The notes below the pieces were generated by a model. The model was not told where the DNA came from. It was given only the letters and a program-made list of their open reading frames with translations, and ran no database searches. From Amoebidium appalachense (lineage: Eukaryota; Protista; Ichthyosporea), in NCBI GenBank assembly GCA_963693365.1, contig CAVNZM010000006.1, forward strand, positions 6,241,264 through 6,305,263: a DNA stretch of 64,000 nucleotides. The letters run 5' to 3'. Numbering within the stretch: the stretch's first letter is position 1; every line of letters starts with the position of its first letter. Shown here in pieces: positions 18,801 to 32,512 of this stretch. Made by a program: the position numbers and the translations under genes.

Positions 18801-19327
18801 TTTCCCTCATGACGTGGCGCACATATGAACAATGTCGCCTTTATGCATTCAAGTTTACAAGCACCTACCCCTTCCCATTCTTACTGCTTGCTTTGCCTTC
18901 CAGCATCTTCTATGTCACCGCGTTGCTTTTTTTTTTTTTTGCTTTTTTTTCCTTTTTTTTTCTTTTTTCTTTTTTTTGAGACTTGGTGGAGGTACATGTG
19001 CCCTTACTCGGTAGTCTGTGTGTCTGTGTGGCTGTAAAGGCCAGGGAAAGGGGAAGGAGAGAAGGAGGGAGGGGGTCTCTGAATACCACATCTTTACTTA
19101 CTGACCCCTCTTTGGATATACCTCCACTCCCCCCTTTTCCCGCCCACCCGCTTTGTAACTATAGACTACCAGGTGTGATACATACACACCCGGTAGCGTG
19201 CACAAATTTCAGAAACCATGTACACTGGTCGAAACACACATGTGCGAGGACGTACACACACACGCGCAAAAAAATAAATACCAACGACCCCCTTCTCCCC
19301 CCCTCCCCCCCCCCCCCCCCCCCCCCC

Positions 19328-19384
<57 letters not shown>

Positions 19385-19944
19385 CTACCTCCGCCCTCCT
19401 GCACCCTCCTCCCCCCCCCCCCCCCCCCCCCTCTCCCCCCCCAACACACACACACATACACACGTACCCACACAGTAAGTGGAACGGTGATGGCGGTGTG
19501 TGGTCAGTCTCACCTGCTTGTAGACAAGCGGTTTGCGCAGTACAGCGAACTGTGCGACATCAGCAAGGACGAAAATGCTGAGCTCAGCGCACGGTCAAGC
19601 GATCTTGAGGGGTTCTGGGACGTGATTGACATACAGGTGCCCGCCCGCGTGCGCGCACGCGTGTGTGTGTGTGTGTGTGTGTGTTGCTTTTCTCTCTCTC
19701 TTGCTCATATTCATATTCCCTTTCTCCTTTTCGTGCTCTCTTTCTCTCTCTCTTGTTTCCTCTGTATATCTCCCCCCCTTCTTCCTCCCCCCTTGCTCTC
19801 CCTCTGCCTCCTCTCTCTCTGTGTGTAATGTGTTGGTGTTGGTGTTGGTGTTCGTGTGTGTGTGTGTGTAGGTGTCTTGTGTATGTGCCCTTGTGTGTAC
19901 ACGTGCCCGTGTGTGTTGGCTTTGGGGAAAAGGGTTTGTGTGTG

Positions 19945-19980
<36 letters not shown>

Positions 19981-20441
19981 CTTTTGCAATGATCGTCTGT
20001 GCGCATGGATGTGAGTTTGTCTAGCAGGCGTGCCCGAAGGATATGGCCGGATGAGTTGTAGGAAGGGAATAGTCAAAAAAATGGCTGTCTGGGTGTATGA
20101 CAATGTCTCACGGAGTCGCTTGTTCTTTTTCTGTGTTTGTTTTGGTCTCGCACACGGGGGCTTGTAGCATGATGGTTTTTTCGGACCGGCTGAGTTTAAA
20201 GCGCCTTGCTGGTCGTGAAAGATATATTTCCTGAAAGCTTATAATTTTTACTATATTGTTTTGTAGACACTATAGTCCTGCAGGCAGCGCTGCAGCTAAA
20301 AAAATAAGCCATCAAGGTGACAAACTATCACTAACCTTGGTTAGCCACCTTCCAAAAATGGCGCATAAATGTTTGAACACATGCACGTACATACACACAT
20401 GCACACCTGCACCACCACCACCACCACCACCTACTTGCAAC

Positions 20442-20500
<59 letters not shown>

Positions 20501-21272
20501 TCCCATAACCACAACCGACACGCACGGCATGCTTTTTATCGCATAAGGAAACAACAACAAAGACAACAGCAACAGAAGCAAAAACACAGTAGCATCAAAA
20601 ACATAACCAAACAACGGGATAATAATATAATCGCAATACTAATAACAACAACAATAATAGTAATAGCAACAGTAATTATGATAATGATAACAAACAAACG
20701 TAGGTGGAGGATGTGAGGAACAAGTTCGGCAAGCTTGAAGAGCTGATGGCCAACGGGTGGAAGGAGAAAAAGGTGGTGCCCGTGCGCAAGGTAGCAACCC
20801 TACTGCACACATGTGCATGCACACACACACACACACACACATGCACGCATGCATGCATGCATGCATACACACGCGCACACGCACACGCACCCAATGAAAG
20901 ATAAGAAAGACAAAAAAATTGGGGGAAAAGAACTCATCATAAAGAACACCGATATTAGCTGTGTAGTTTAGGTATATTCAGGGTAAAAGGGTACTAACAA
21001 AACGGGGGGACAGAGTGTGTTTGTATACCTCTTTCTTCAGGCTCGGCAGAGGGTGGGGGCGGGTTGGGAGGGGAGTGGAGGGGGGGGGGGGGGGAGAGGG
21101 GGGGGGGGGGGGAGAGAGAGAGAGAGAGTGTGTGTGTGTGTGTGTGGGGACGGTTGCCGGGGAAAGGGGATTGGAAGGGGGTGGGGGCAGAGGGGGGAAG
21201 GGGGAGTCAACAAGCATTGGGCGGATCTTTCATATACAGTTTCTCACCTCACCCCCCGACACACACGTGCAC

Positions 21273-21330
<58 letters not shown>

Positions 21331-22545
21331 ATAGCCGGTGGCCAAGCCTGCGGCAGCGGCAGCAGGGGGAAGCAAGGGGGCTGCCGGGCCTAGCGAGGCA
21401 GAAAAGAAGAGACAGGAGGCAAGGCAGAGATTGATGGAAGCTAAAAAGGCGGCAAGAGATAGGGCCAAGCAGGTACGTGTATGTGGGTGGGTGGGTGGGT
21501 GGGCGTGTGGGTGGTTTGGGAGGGGAGGGGAGGGGGGGAATTGTGGGTCGGTGGGTGGGTGGGAGTGTTTGTTTGTGGGCGGATGCGTGCGTGCGTGCGT
21601 GTGCCCTTGTGTTCTTGCTTGTTTTTAAGTGGGTGGGTGTGGGGGGTGTGGAGGGGGAGGGGATGCATGTGTGTACCTGTGCCTGACTCTGAATAGGTCG
21701 GTGTGCCAGTGGCTCTACCTTTGCAGAGCCTCCCCCCCCCCCCCCCCCCCCCCTCCCCTTTTTTTTGGGGGGGGGGGGGGGGGGGAGGGGGGGGGGAAAG
21801 GGGGGGTAGATCGTTAAGTTCCTCTTGTGCGTGTCTACAGGTGCACTGGAAAGGGCTGCTTGTCCTTGGATCTCCCTTTGTGTGGCTATGTGTGGGTGTG
21901 GGTGTGGGTATGAGGTGTGCACGTGTGTCTGTATACGTAGGGGCTCCCTCTCATACACGTATCCCTCTGACTTTTTCTGCACGTCCCACAACACAGGGAA
22001 CAGCTCAAGTCGACGAACCTACAAAGCCGACCACTGCCGAGCCCCACCCGGAGCAAAAACCCAAAGCTGATCCTGCACCAATCAAACCACTGGAAACCAA
22101 GCCGATCGTTCCGGAACCAATCACCGCACAGGATGCACAGCCTTTTAAGGTAGCGTCCTCAGCAGCAGTCGCGCCGGTCACTGCCGGGCCAGTGGGAATG
22201 TCAGAGCCAAAGCCATTTTTCGTACCGGGAACGACAACTTCTGGATTTTCCTTTGCTGGCAATTTTATAAATAGTCAATCAATTGCTGGTTAGAAACTCC
22301 CCCCCCCCCCCCCCCCCCCTCTCGCGGAGTCCTCAACATGCACACACACGTGCTTCTAAACTGACGGTATTAAAGAAGGGGGAGGGTGTCTTATTAGCGT
22401 TCTGGCATGGGTGTGTGTGACGCTGAGTGGGGTTTCTTGGAAGGTAAATGTAAGTGTGGAGAGGAGGGAGAGAGTGCGGCAGAGAATGGTTTAGGAACGA
22501 GATTGGAGGGGGGGGAAGGGGGGGAGGGGGGGGGGGGGGGGGGGG

Positions 22546-22605
<60 letters not shown>

Positions 22606-23697
22606 CACGTTTGTCACATTATTGGTGGTTGTTTCTTCATGCTGGTTGAAACTATTCGTGTGGGTGGGTGGGTGGTTGGGGGGGGGGGGGCGGGAGGGAG
22701 GGTAACTCATTCACGTTCAAATTACAGGAGTAGGCAAAGTTTAATATCACGTATTTCGGCTGTAGCCAATTTGAACCTTGTTTTCAGACCCCCCCAGCCA
22801 TGGTCTTTATTTTCATATATGCCAAGGGGGTTAGCCAGCTAAAATCTCACATTCAGAAAATCTTAATGTTTTCTTCAAACGCTCAGTACCGAGAAATTAT
22901 AACTCAATTGGTTCAGCGTCGGCGACCAAAAAACGAAATGACCAAATCTGGTACGTTTTAGTACGATGTAAAACGTACCAGATTTGGTGCAGAAAAACGT
23001 ACCAGATTTGGTGCAGTTGGTTTTTTTGTTGCCGACGCTGAACCAAATGAGCTATAATTTTTCTGTGCTGTGTGTCTGAAGAAAACACTATTTTCATAAT
23101 TATCATGCAAAAATTATAGCTCTAGCGCATATCCCTGGTTCCTTTTTACTCTCGACGTAACCCTGTTTTTCATGAGTTTGGCCCCGAGATCGATCGTCGC
23201 AATCCCATGGTTCCAGCTACCTTAAATTTTATAACATCATTAGTAAATTAAACTAGATTAAATTTACTTAAATTAAACTTTGCCCATCCGTGTGCAGATC
23301 CTTCCACCGGGTTTGGAGTTGCCCCGAAGCCAACCGTGTCTGCTAACGTGCCTTACTCGACGGGTTTGTTCAAGGTGGGAACATGGTTATGCATTTCGGT
23401 CACAGCATGTGTGCGTGTGTGCGTGCATGTCTGCACGTGTGTGTGTGTGTGCCTGTGCCTGTGCGTGTCTGTGTGTGTGTGTGTGCGCGTGCGTGCGTGT
23501 GTGTCTGCTTGTGTGTGTGTGTGTGTGCCTGTGCGTGTCTGCTTGTGTGTGTGCGTGTGTGTGGTGTTGTGGTGTGGTGTGATGTGATGTGTGCTCTATT
23601 TCGTGTGTTCATAAGTTCAGTGTTCAATGCAATCACGAATGCTATCTACAACCGAACCGGTCTCCAAAAGACATCAGGCGTATCAATCTACCGCAAC

Positions 23698-23770
<73 letters not shown>

Positions 23771-24165
23771 AAAGAAAGAAAAGATAAACACGCGCGCGCA
23801 CGTGCACTTATCAAGAATGAAGGCTCTTTGTGTGTGCTCTTGTCTGCCTAATTTTATCGTGTTGCCGGTCGTGAATGTGTGCTTTGAATTTGTGGCGCTT
23901 TTCTGATCCCCACCTTTCCCCCCTTCCCCTGCCCTATACTCCCCTTTCCCCTTCTGAGCATCCCTTGTCCCTCCTCGCAGCCCCCCCCCCCCCCCCAAAA
24001 AACACACACACACACACACACACTCCCTCTTTTCTCCCTGTAGCTCCCCAGCATCCCCGTGGCTACGACCCTCCCGGCCGTACCCCAGCCCCCTCTGCCC
24101 ATAGCCCAGCCAAGTGCACGTGAGGATGACTTTTTCATGAAGGTCGGTAAAAAGATTGCCCCCCC

Positions 24166-24196
<31 letters not shown>

Positions 24197-24634
24197 AAAA
24201 AAAAAAAAAAACATACACAGCACACATACACACAACACGCACGCGAATACACACATAGAGAGGGGGGAGGATGAGGGGGAAGAGAGAGAGAGAGGGAGGG
24301 GGGAAGGGGGGGGAGGGAGATAGAGAGACACCATTGCACGCGGCGTTTTCATAGATGATACTTGAATTTTCACTTATGTGAGCATACGGACCATATGATT
24401 TCAACAATCAATCCTTCAAATCAAGGTATCTCCTATCAAACGATATTAAAATACGAGATTCCCCCACATATTTCCGTTACATTATATTGTTATAAAACCG
24501 TTCAGCCAATCAAATAGGTTTTCTAAACTGTGTTAAATTTTTGCGTATTCTGCCACTGGTCTCCTTTGTTTCGCAAACGCAGGACTGTTGGAGAGCACAT
24601 GTGTTCGGCCTAAATCTCAACCTTATCGTGGTCT

Positions 24635-24667
<33 letters not shown>

Positions 24668-24755
24668 ACCCACACACACACACACACTCCCATAGTCCGT
24701 TTCATTCACCACTGACACACGCACACACACACTCATACAAATGCACACGTACACA

Positions 24756-24848
<93 letters not shown>

Positions 24849-24981
24849 CCTGTGCCCCGACAGTGGGCGCAAGCCGGGCCCCCCCTCAGCCGCCAAACCC
24901 CTGCGTGCGCCCATGCGCCTGGCAAACCCAGTAGCCACCGAGGACAACTTTTTCTCCGCAAAGATCGATGACTGTAAATAC

Positions 24982-25046
<65 letters not shown>

Positions 25047-25263
25047 ACACACACACACCCCACCCCACCCCACCACCACCACCACCACCACCACCACCTC
25101 CTCCTCCTCCTCCTCCATTTTTTTTTCCTCCTGGTCGTACACCCATGCACGAATTTAACATGCACACAGAAAGGGAGAGAGAGTGGGACGGAGGATTTAG
25201 ATTCGATTCTCTTTGACATTATCATTTGGGACTGGTATATGGCTGCCTGTCCCCTCTCCCCCC

Positions 25264-25294
<31 letters not shown>

Positions 25295-26485
25295 ACACAC
25301 CCGTGGCCCAATCTTGGCGCAAAAAAAGGGGGGGGGGGGGGGGGGACGATTCAGTGTGTAGGTGCCAACTCACTCTGTTTTCTGGGATCAGCGTTGCTGG
25401 AGCATGCAAGACGCAAGGAGGGAAGGCCAAAGACCCTCGGGCCAAGCGCAAAGAAGAAACCCACGAATACACAAGCGGGGGAGGAAGGGGAGAGGCTGGG
25501 ATCCACAAAGAAGTTCAGTCTCATCACACCGAGCAAGGCCATGAGGTGGGTGGGTGGGTGTGGGTATGTGTGTGTCGAGCGCGGGGGGGGGGGGGGGGGG
25601 GGGGAGAATAGTGTGTGTAGGGGGTGGTGGGTGGGTGTATTAGGGGGGGGGGGGGGGGGGGGGGGGTATATGTGTGGACGGGTAGGTGGCTGGGTTCATG
25701 TGTGAAGGCGTGGGGGTTCCCCCGTAAGGGGGGGGGGGGGTTGGGTTGGTGAAGGGGACGGATGATGGGTGTGTATGTATACTTATTGGGGGGGAGGGGG
25801 GGGGGGGATCTGTCTGTTGCGTTTTTGTTCTGCTCAGGTGTAATTTGTTTTAGTCACGGGTTCGACTTTTGGGGATGGCAGTTGAGTCAATAGGTGTCCT
25901 TAATCTCCCATGGGGGATATGTGTTAGACGAGCCTCGGGGCCCGAAGGATGTGTGATGCCTTTTGAATAGTATTAGTCGAGATGGTGAAAACATCGATTA
26001 TGATTTTTGTTTGGTCATTGTGGGTTTACTTTTTTCCTTCACCCGTTTCCAACAAAGCTACACACACACCCACATGCACACATACACACACACACACATG
26101 CACATATCAGTGTAATTTAACTTTGCCCTGTGTGTGTTTGGGGTGTGTGTGTGTGGGCGGGGATCACTTTTTACGGTGGTGGCTGTTGCTTTTGGGGGAG
26201 GGGGGGGAGGGAGGAGTGGTGTTTGTAAGTAAGTAGATGGGGCACTCAAACTCTTGTTACAATTAGGGACCTCCTTGGCACGGAGGTGGTCATGAGCCCT
26301 GTTCGACGATCCTCCAGGCTGGAGCCAAAGGTTTTCCTTCCCCCTCCCCTGGGGACAGTCACACACCCTGGGATGGGCTCTTCTTATGTTGCAAACTGCT
26401 GCACCGTGCGTTGCTGATGTACCATTGTTACGCGTTGGCTCATCTTGAACGCTTGTGATTCGTAATGTGTTTTGCATTCTAATAA

Positions 26486-26527
<42 letters not shown>

Positions 26528-26777
26528 CCCCCCACCCGCCCCTTCACACACACACAAACACACGCGCGCACAGGGCACACGATTCGTAAGTTTCCCACTG
26601 GTGCATCCGAGATATCTATGTGGGAGGTTCTTCACGTACCCCCCTTCGTCGTATTCCTTGAAGCCGCTGTTGATTTTCCTAAGGCCATTATGGTCTTTTT
26701 TGGAGTATATGAATGAGAACAGCCGCCTAATCTAGTATTCACCACAATCCTTCCTTCCTCTTCACCGTCCTGCATAC

Positions 26778-26851
<74 letters not shown>

Positions 26852-26962
26852 GTGCAGCAGAAGCTTACGTTCGACACTGTTAAAGATGTGCCCGAGGACC
26901 TCGAGTTTGGCTACGCCCCCAACAAGGCAATCACTAACAAGGACGACCTGATATTCTTCTGA
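13806..26962 (+). CDS. DLGAP5: GKAP-domain protein, HURP/DLGAP5(Mars)-like spindle protein
   Basis: Exons 13806-13980, 14713-15147, 15511-15620 (end uncertain), 17654-18470, 19476-19636, 20704-20790, 21335-21472, 21997-22288, 23298-23374, 24044-24142, 24847-24973, 25392-25545, 26267-26330, (26574-26585), 26846-26962 (TGA); phases chain. GKAP core: KDGEYWRGVMLKAKAELEGMCAKW...AVCGQSHLLVDKRFAQYSELC...DLEGFWDVIDIQVEDVRNKFGKLEELMANGW...KRQEARQRLMEAKKAA. N-terminal RRELLELWRDEKRK resembles HURP. Family assignment is confident; exact orthology less so. Confidence 0.85.
22867..23087. mobile_element. About 220 bp imperfect palindrome (foldback/MITE-like) in GKAP-gene intron
   Basis: Left arm TGTTTTCTTCAAACGCTCAGTACCGAGAAATTATAACTCAATTGGTTCAGCGTCGGCGACC...ACCAAATCTGGTACGTTTTA is reverse-complementary to TAAAACGTACCAGATTTGGT...GCCGACGCTGAACCAAATGAGCTATAATTTTTCTGTGCTGTGTGTCTGAAGAAAACA. 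The palindrome is directly seen; mobility is inferred and no target-site duplication was identified. Confidence 0.5.
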
Positions 26963-27302
26963 GCTACTCCTGTCAACTTGTTTGGAGGGGGAGGGGGGGG
27001 GGGGGGGGGGGGGGGGAAGAGAGAGAGGGAGCAGTTGGGGAGGGGGGCTGGGGATTAAAAGTTTGATTCGTATTCGTGATTTGAACAAGTTGAACTTAGC
27101 AGGATCAGCGGCTGTAAATATGTGAGTGGGGGTACATGTGTATGCGTGTGTGTGTTTGGGGGGGGGGAGGAGGGGGATAGTGTCATAAAAGACTTAAAAG
27201 GCAGACGGCTTGATTGCAGGGATCAGCGGTTGAACTCTATGGCAGTGGCGGTTTTGTGCGGGTGTTTGGGGGGGGGGGGGGGGGTTCGAAGTTGAAGTTA
27301 TA

Positions 27303-27390
27303 TAACTAGCTGCATGTCTCCGACTCCGAGAGGGAGTGAATCAGAAGTTACTCTAGCTGTATGTCCCCTACTCGGAGAGGGAGTGAATCA
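27303..27390. repeat. Two-copy tandem duplication, about 46 bp unit
   Basis: CTAGCTG(C/T)ATGTC(T/C)CC(G/T)ACTC(C/G)GAGAGGGAGTGAATCA occurs twice, downstream of the GKAP gene. Confidence 0.8.
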
Positions 27391-27476
27391 TTTTGATAGT
27401 GGAAACAATCCTAACAACCGTGCATGTGCATGGGTCATTATAGGACTTTGCCAACTACATACCCCCTTGAAACAAC

Positions 27477-27510
<34 letters not shown>

Positions 27511-29399
27511 TTCCCCCCCCTTCGATCCGTAGATGATGCTATGAAGTGCACATGTACACACGTAACAGACTCATGTCAGGCAAGGGCACTGTTTCCAGTG
27601 ACTCAAGAGTTTCAATTTCTTCCTTGCAATTGCGCAACGGATGATTTTCCTGTGACTGTGGTCGACGACACTGTATGTACGAAAGAAAATAGTTGTATGC
27701 TGGCAGGCCGTGTTCACTCAGTCAGTCTCTGCATGATGGGCCCTCCACAATAGACCCTCATGTACTTACTTCTGAAAATACTTCTCTCCAATATATCGGC
27801 CGTGGCAACTTGTTGTGCATGCCGAAGTGCGACTCGACAGTCGACAATGCAGACTGACGTCGACAGTCACTGTGGCAGCTGCAGCTGCACTGCTGCAGAC
27901 AGTCAGATCTCACAGTACGTTTAAGCAGCACATTCCAATGAATTACAAAAACTTTGAAAAATCCACCCCCAATATATCTTCGAAGTTCGAATACGGGCTG
28001 ATAACTAACTCGGGAGTCTCGCTGGACTCAGACTCATGTCCACACAGCGCATAGGCTTTACTAACCGTTCACCGTTGCAAAGCCACACCTAAACAACACA
28101 GCGACAGACCTTAATTAAAAATAATAGCCACCGTGACCTTGCCATGGTTAAATCATTGAATAAATCAAGTCACATTCGCGAGGAAAAGAGTCCAGAGCCT
28201 GACTTGTGTAAAATCTGAGGGGGACCTTGGATATCCGGCCACGGCAGGGCAATTTGGGAGCCAGCATGCACCTCAGTAGGGCTGCTGTGGCGTTAGCTAA
28301 TTATTAGCCCTATGATACGTGACTGTACATGTCTATATTAGTTGTATTAGCTTCTGTCGGCGTAAATCTTGGCTGGCCAGCGAGTCACGCACGCACAACT
28401 TCTTGAATCGATATTCTTCTGGAATTTGAGGGTGGCTGGGGTGCTGTATCCCACGGCATATACGATGATTTGTTCTCAAGAAAAAATAATAATAACAACA
28501 ATGAATGAATTAATCTTCAATATCTCAACATCATATCTTGCTTATTGTAACCTCTTTTTGTTCTATTTAGTGTACCACAGTGGTGTAGCTTGTTTGGTGG
28601 AAGTGCCTTTGGCCCTGGGTCACGGTGCACCTCACTATGCGCATATGTAATCAGTCACACTGCTCCTGTTCGGAATGCGATCGGAATTTACTGAATTCCG
28701 GATTGAATAAAATAGGACTTGTCAACACTAATCCGAACCGTTGCAGTTTATCGATAAGGTGCCCGCACCAGGCGCACGGTGCGTTGACACAAAAGGCTAC
28801 ACGAGAAATCAATTGCATTTATATATAAATTCTATAGGGAAAAAGCACGGTTTTTATTCTTTTTTTTTTCTTTTTTTTTTTCCCTTTGCTCCTTTGCATG
28901 CGCGGGAAGTTTCGGGGGATTCGTATTCTCACTAACTATTTTTCCTGTTCAACCAATCTACGGCTTGTACTGTCCTCACCGAGACTAGCATCACATTCCT
29001 CACTATTTCGGTAGAAATTCGGCTCCCTTCAGACTTGTACAGGCGCAAACGTACGTCTGAATCAATAAGTTCCAAGCACAGTCACTGAGCTTCGGACCCC
29101 TCGGACATACAGATGTCATACATCATAGGAGGTCAGTGACGTTTTGTATAGATTACAGTATGAATAGGGTTAACAACACGCACAAACAGCGTGACAGCAC
29201 GCTGCACTAGTCAGTGACCAGCTATGTAGTAGGCAGGCCCCGTTTCAAGTGGTTGTACCAGAGTGAGGCTGCCAGACTCATGATCAGCCTGCGCTTATTA
29301 GTAATGGTAGCCAACCATTAGGCCTTAGTAGATATAGACGAGGTTTGTTGCAGTTGTTAACACCGACTATATGCATGTCGCCATCTCAATGATTATAAA

Positions 29400-30164
29400 A
29401 TGCATAATAACGTAATACCCAAGTTTCTCCTCGTTCTTTTGTGCCTCACAAGCAACATTACACTGACATGGGGTGCCGAGGCTCAAGTGCCTGCGGGCGC
29501 TGGCATGCTTTCAGCCGCTATGGCCTCAGCTAGCGAGGGGGATATTTTGCATCAGGAAACTATGTAGAGACATCTCCCATCAGCCTTACAAAACGTCTAC
29601 TTGTGGTGGGTGCATCAGCAGACAATTTTTCTACCATCAACGTCGCCACCCCTGGTGCTGGTGGCGCGGTTGCCCAAACTGTGGACGGGCTTTATGGCTG
29701 TTCGTTTGCAAATCTTACCTTCACCACGGGTGCGAATTCAGCGAAGAAATGCGCGTTTCGGGCCCCTGCACAGCCTCGTGCAAACTTCACCCTTCAAATT
29801 GTGGATGCATCCATTACCCAGAATTTCGTCATAATCCGGGCAGGTAAGAGTGAATGTGAGAAGAATGATGAACTAGGACATGATGCTACTAGTAGGCTTG
29901 TCAATTATGTAGACCTGCGAAGCAGCAAGCGGCTCCTTAGAGGGGCCTTCCTTGGGACCTTCAAGTTCTCTTTTTCCAAAGGCTTGGCTTCTGAATCTCA
30001 TTCACGCACTCAGCGAATCATGGCCACTTTCAGATGTAGTAGTTCGATCGTCCTGTAACACTGTCATGATATTTGGGGGGACAATAAAGAAAGTAAGAAA
30101 GAAAGAAAAAAGGCATCCTCTTTTCTTCCTTGACTTCTTCTTTTCTTTCCTCTTTTTTTTTTTT

Positions 30165-30195
<31 letters not shown>

Positions 30196-31289
30196 GGGGG
30201 GGTAAACAGTTTTTTGGTGTGCGTGTTGAACAGTTGCAGGATTTTCCGAGTCACTGAGTGGTATACAGCTTATTATTTGGTGCATTATATAACATTAGGC
30301 CACCCGCCAACATGGCAAACTTTAAAGTTTAGGACCATGGGATGATTTCTTTAAAACGCATAAAAGTGAACAGTGTCACCGTTTTCTCCACCCACAGACG
30401 TTGGCTTCCTGTACAGCACCCGCACAATCACCGAAGACATCATGGGAAACTGCACCTACAGCACATCCCCTGGGCCCTCTCTCAAGACCATGACCACATA
30501 CATATCCGCAGACACATGCACCACGTTGATCGACATGAAATTTCGCTTCAACGATCTTCTCAATTGCGGTTTTGTCAAAGAAAAAGGAGCACGATTTGTC
30601 TTGTACAAGGCCGATATGGAGGTGAAATTTATCGAGCAGATTCCTTTCAGGAGTACTTCGGGTTACGAGTACAGGTACTGGTAGTATATTGATAGTACCT
30701 CCTACGTAAAGGTAGCCCTACGTAACTCGCACCGCTAACGCCATAGCACCCCTTCGCATACAATTGGACCGTCAGCGACAGGTTACGGCCGCAATCACAG
30801 TGAACGTTTTGGGCACCATTACACAGGTGCAAGCCGTGATTATGCGCATGGATTTCGATCCCGCAACTAACAAATCACAAGTTGACGTGGCCGTTGTTAT
30901 GCCTTACCCAATTCGCGTCCCCGCCAATTCCACCGGACAACTTGAAGCAAATCGCACCAAAATCCCCGTAATTACAACACCCTGGAATCTTATCGACCAA
31001 TCATGTCCCGGCCGCGCCCCCGGGCAACCCTGCGCGCAAAAGTTTTACGTTTAACGTAACTGGGTGCGTTCTGACAGGGATATATATCGCCAAAAAATTT
31101 CCGTTGGAGTGTGAAGACCAGGACTCGTGCCTGTTGAATGCTGGCAGTGTTATCGATATTCTGTTCACTCTCAATACAAAGGATCTGTGCGCTGGCAACG
31201 AAAATCAACTGGGCACGCCCTTCAATGCTTCCATTAAGTCATGGTGGGTCACATTCATATACAAACATATTTTTGACAGCAACCCATCC

Positions 31290-31347
<58 letters not shown>

Positions 31348-32355
31348 CCTCACCCACTGTCCACCACCTCCACAACCACTTCCACCGCAGAAAATTTAAA
31401 GAGAAAGAGTGAGGTATCAGATGCTATCATCCAGAGAGAGAAAGTCGGATTACAATGATTATTGAAACTGGGAAATTCAATAGGAGTTGGGGCCCAATAG
31501 ACCCGTATTAGTGATATCATCAAACTTACAAAAACCTTCGCAGGACAGATTCTACGAACACGACCCCTATGACCGGGCCTCTCAAGCTCGGTGCTGACAT
31601 GCATTACACCATTGAGCTCACACCAAACGACCTGGGGTTGACCATCACAAGTGCTGAAATCACTTCGGTAAGTGAACAAGTATTTGCCCGTGCAGCCTTT
31701 CGTTACCAGCTAAATACGACAACATTATTATAACTGAGACCCTATAGTATGTATCTATTTTAACGGGAACCGGTTTCACGAGCTTTACTACTAAACGATT
31801 TTTATCATACTATCACTTGAAGTTGATGAAGAACAAGGTTTAATATCGGCTGTTCTGAGTTTCAAATCTGTTAGGATCCGGATCCCTTACCCCGAGCCAA
31901 CATTAAAAAAATGGATTGCTTTCCCCGGCTCTCATGAAGTTCAGAAATTGCCCGGACCGTCGAATAACTTAATCTAAGGGCGGACTATGTTTAGATGTCG
32001 CTCACCACTGCCCTGCATGCACGCAGGCGACTCGGATGGCCAATCCTGAGCTGCCAAACTGCAATGCATCAGCCATCGACATCACCGGCATCCCCCAGGC
32101 GTCTGCCCCAAACAGCGGGTCCCCTGGCATCAGCAATGTGGGCAGTAGCCTGCCTATCACCAGCGACACGACGTGTATTACCGCCATCAACAGATGTACG
32201 TGTTTTACCCTTACCCCCGGCCCCATTTCATTAGGTTGCTCATAGCGATGTGCGTGTTTTACCCTTATCCCGCCCCATTTAAGATTTCCTCGCAGCGTTA
32301 TACAGCTATTTGAAAGTTGGTTGGCCTTGAAAGTTGTGGTTGTTTCAACGGTTGT

Positions 32356-32386
<31 letters not shown>

Positions 32387-32475
32387 GGGTTGGTCTGGTG
32401 GTGATGGAATGTATGCACGCATTTTGTGTGTGGGGGGGAGTTTCTCTTGCTTTTTGTTTGTTTTTTTTCCTTCAA

Positions 32476-32512
<37 letters not shown>

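Noticed and set aside
25838-25870. tRNA-like GGTTCGACT motif
   Set aside because: No acceptor, D or anticodon stems can be formed around it.
30152-30202. Telomeric T4G4-like repeats
   Set aside because: These are single Tn-Gn junctions of variable length, not tandem fixed-unit telomere arrays.
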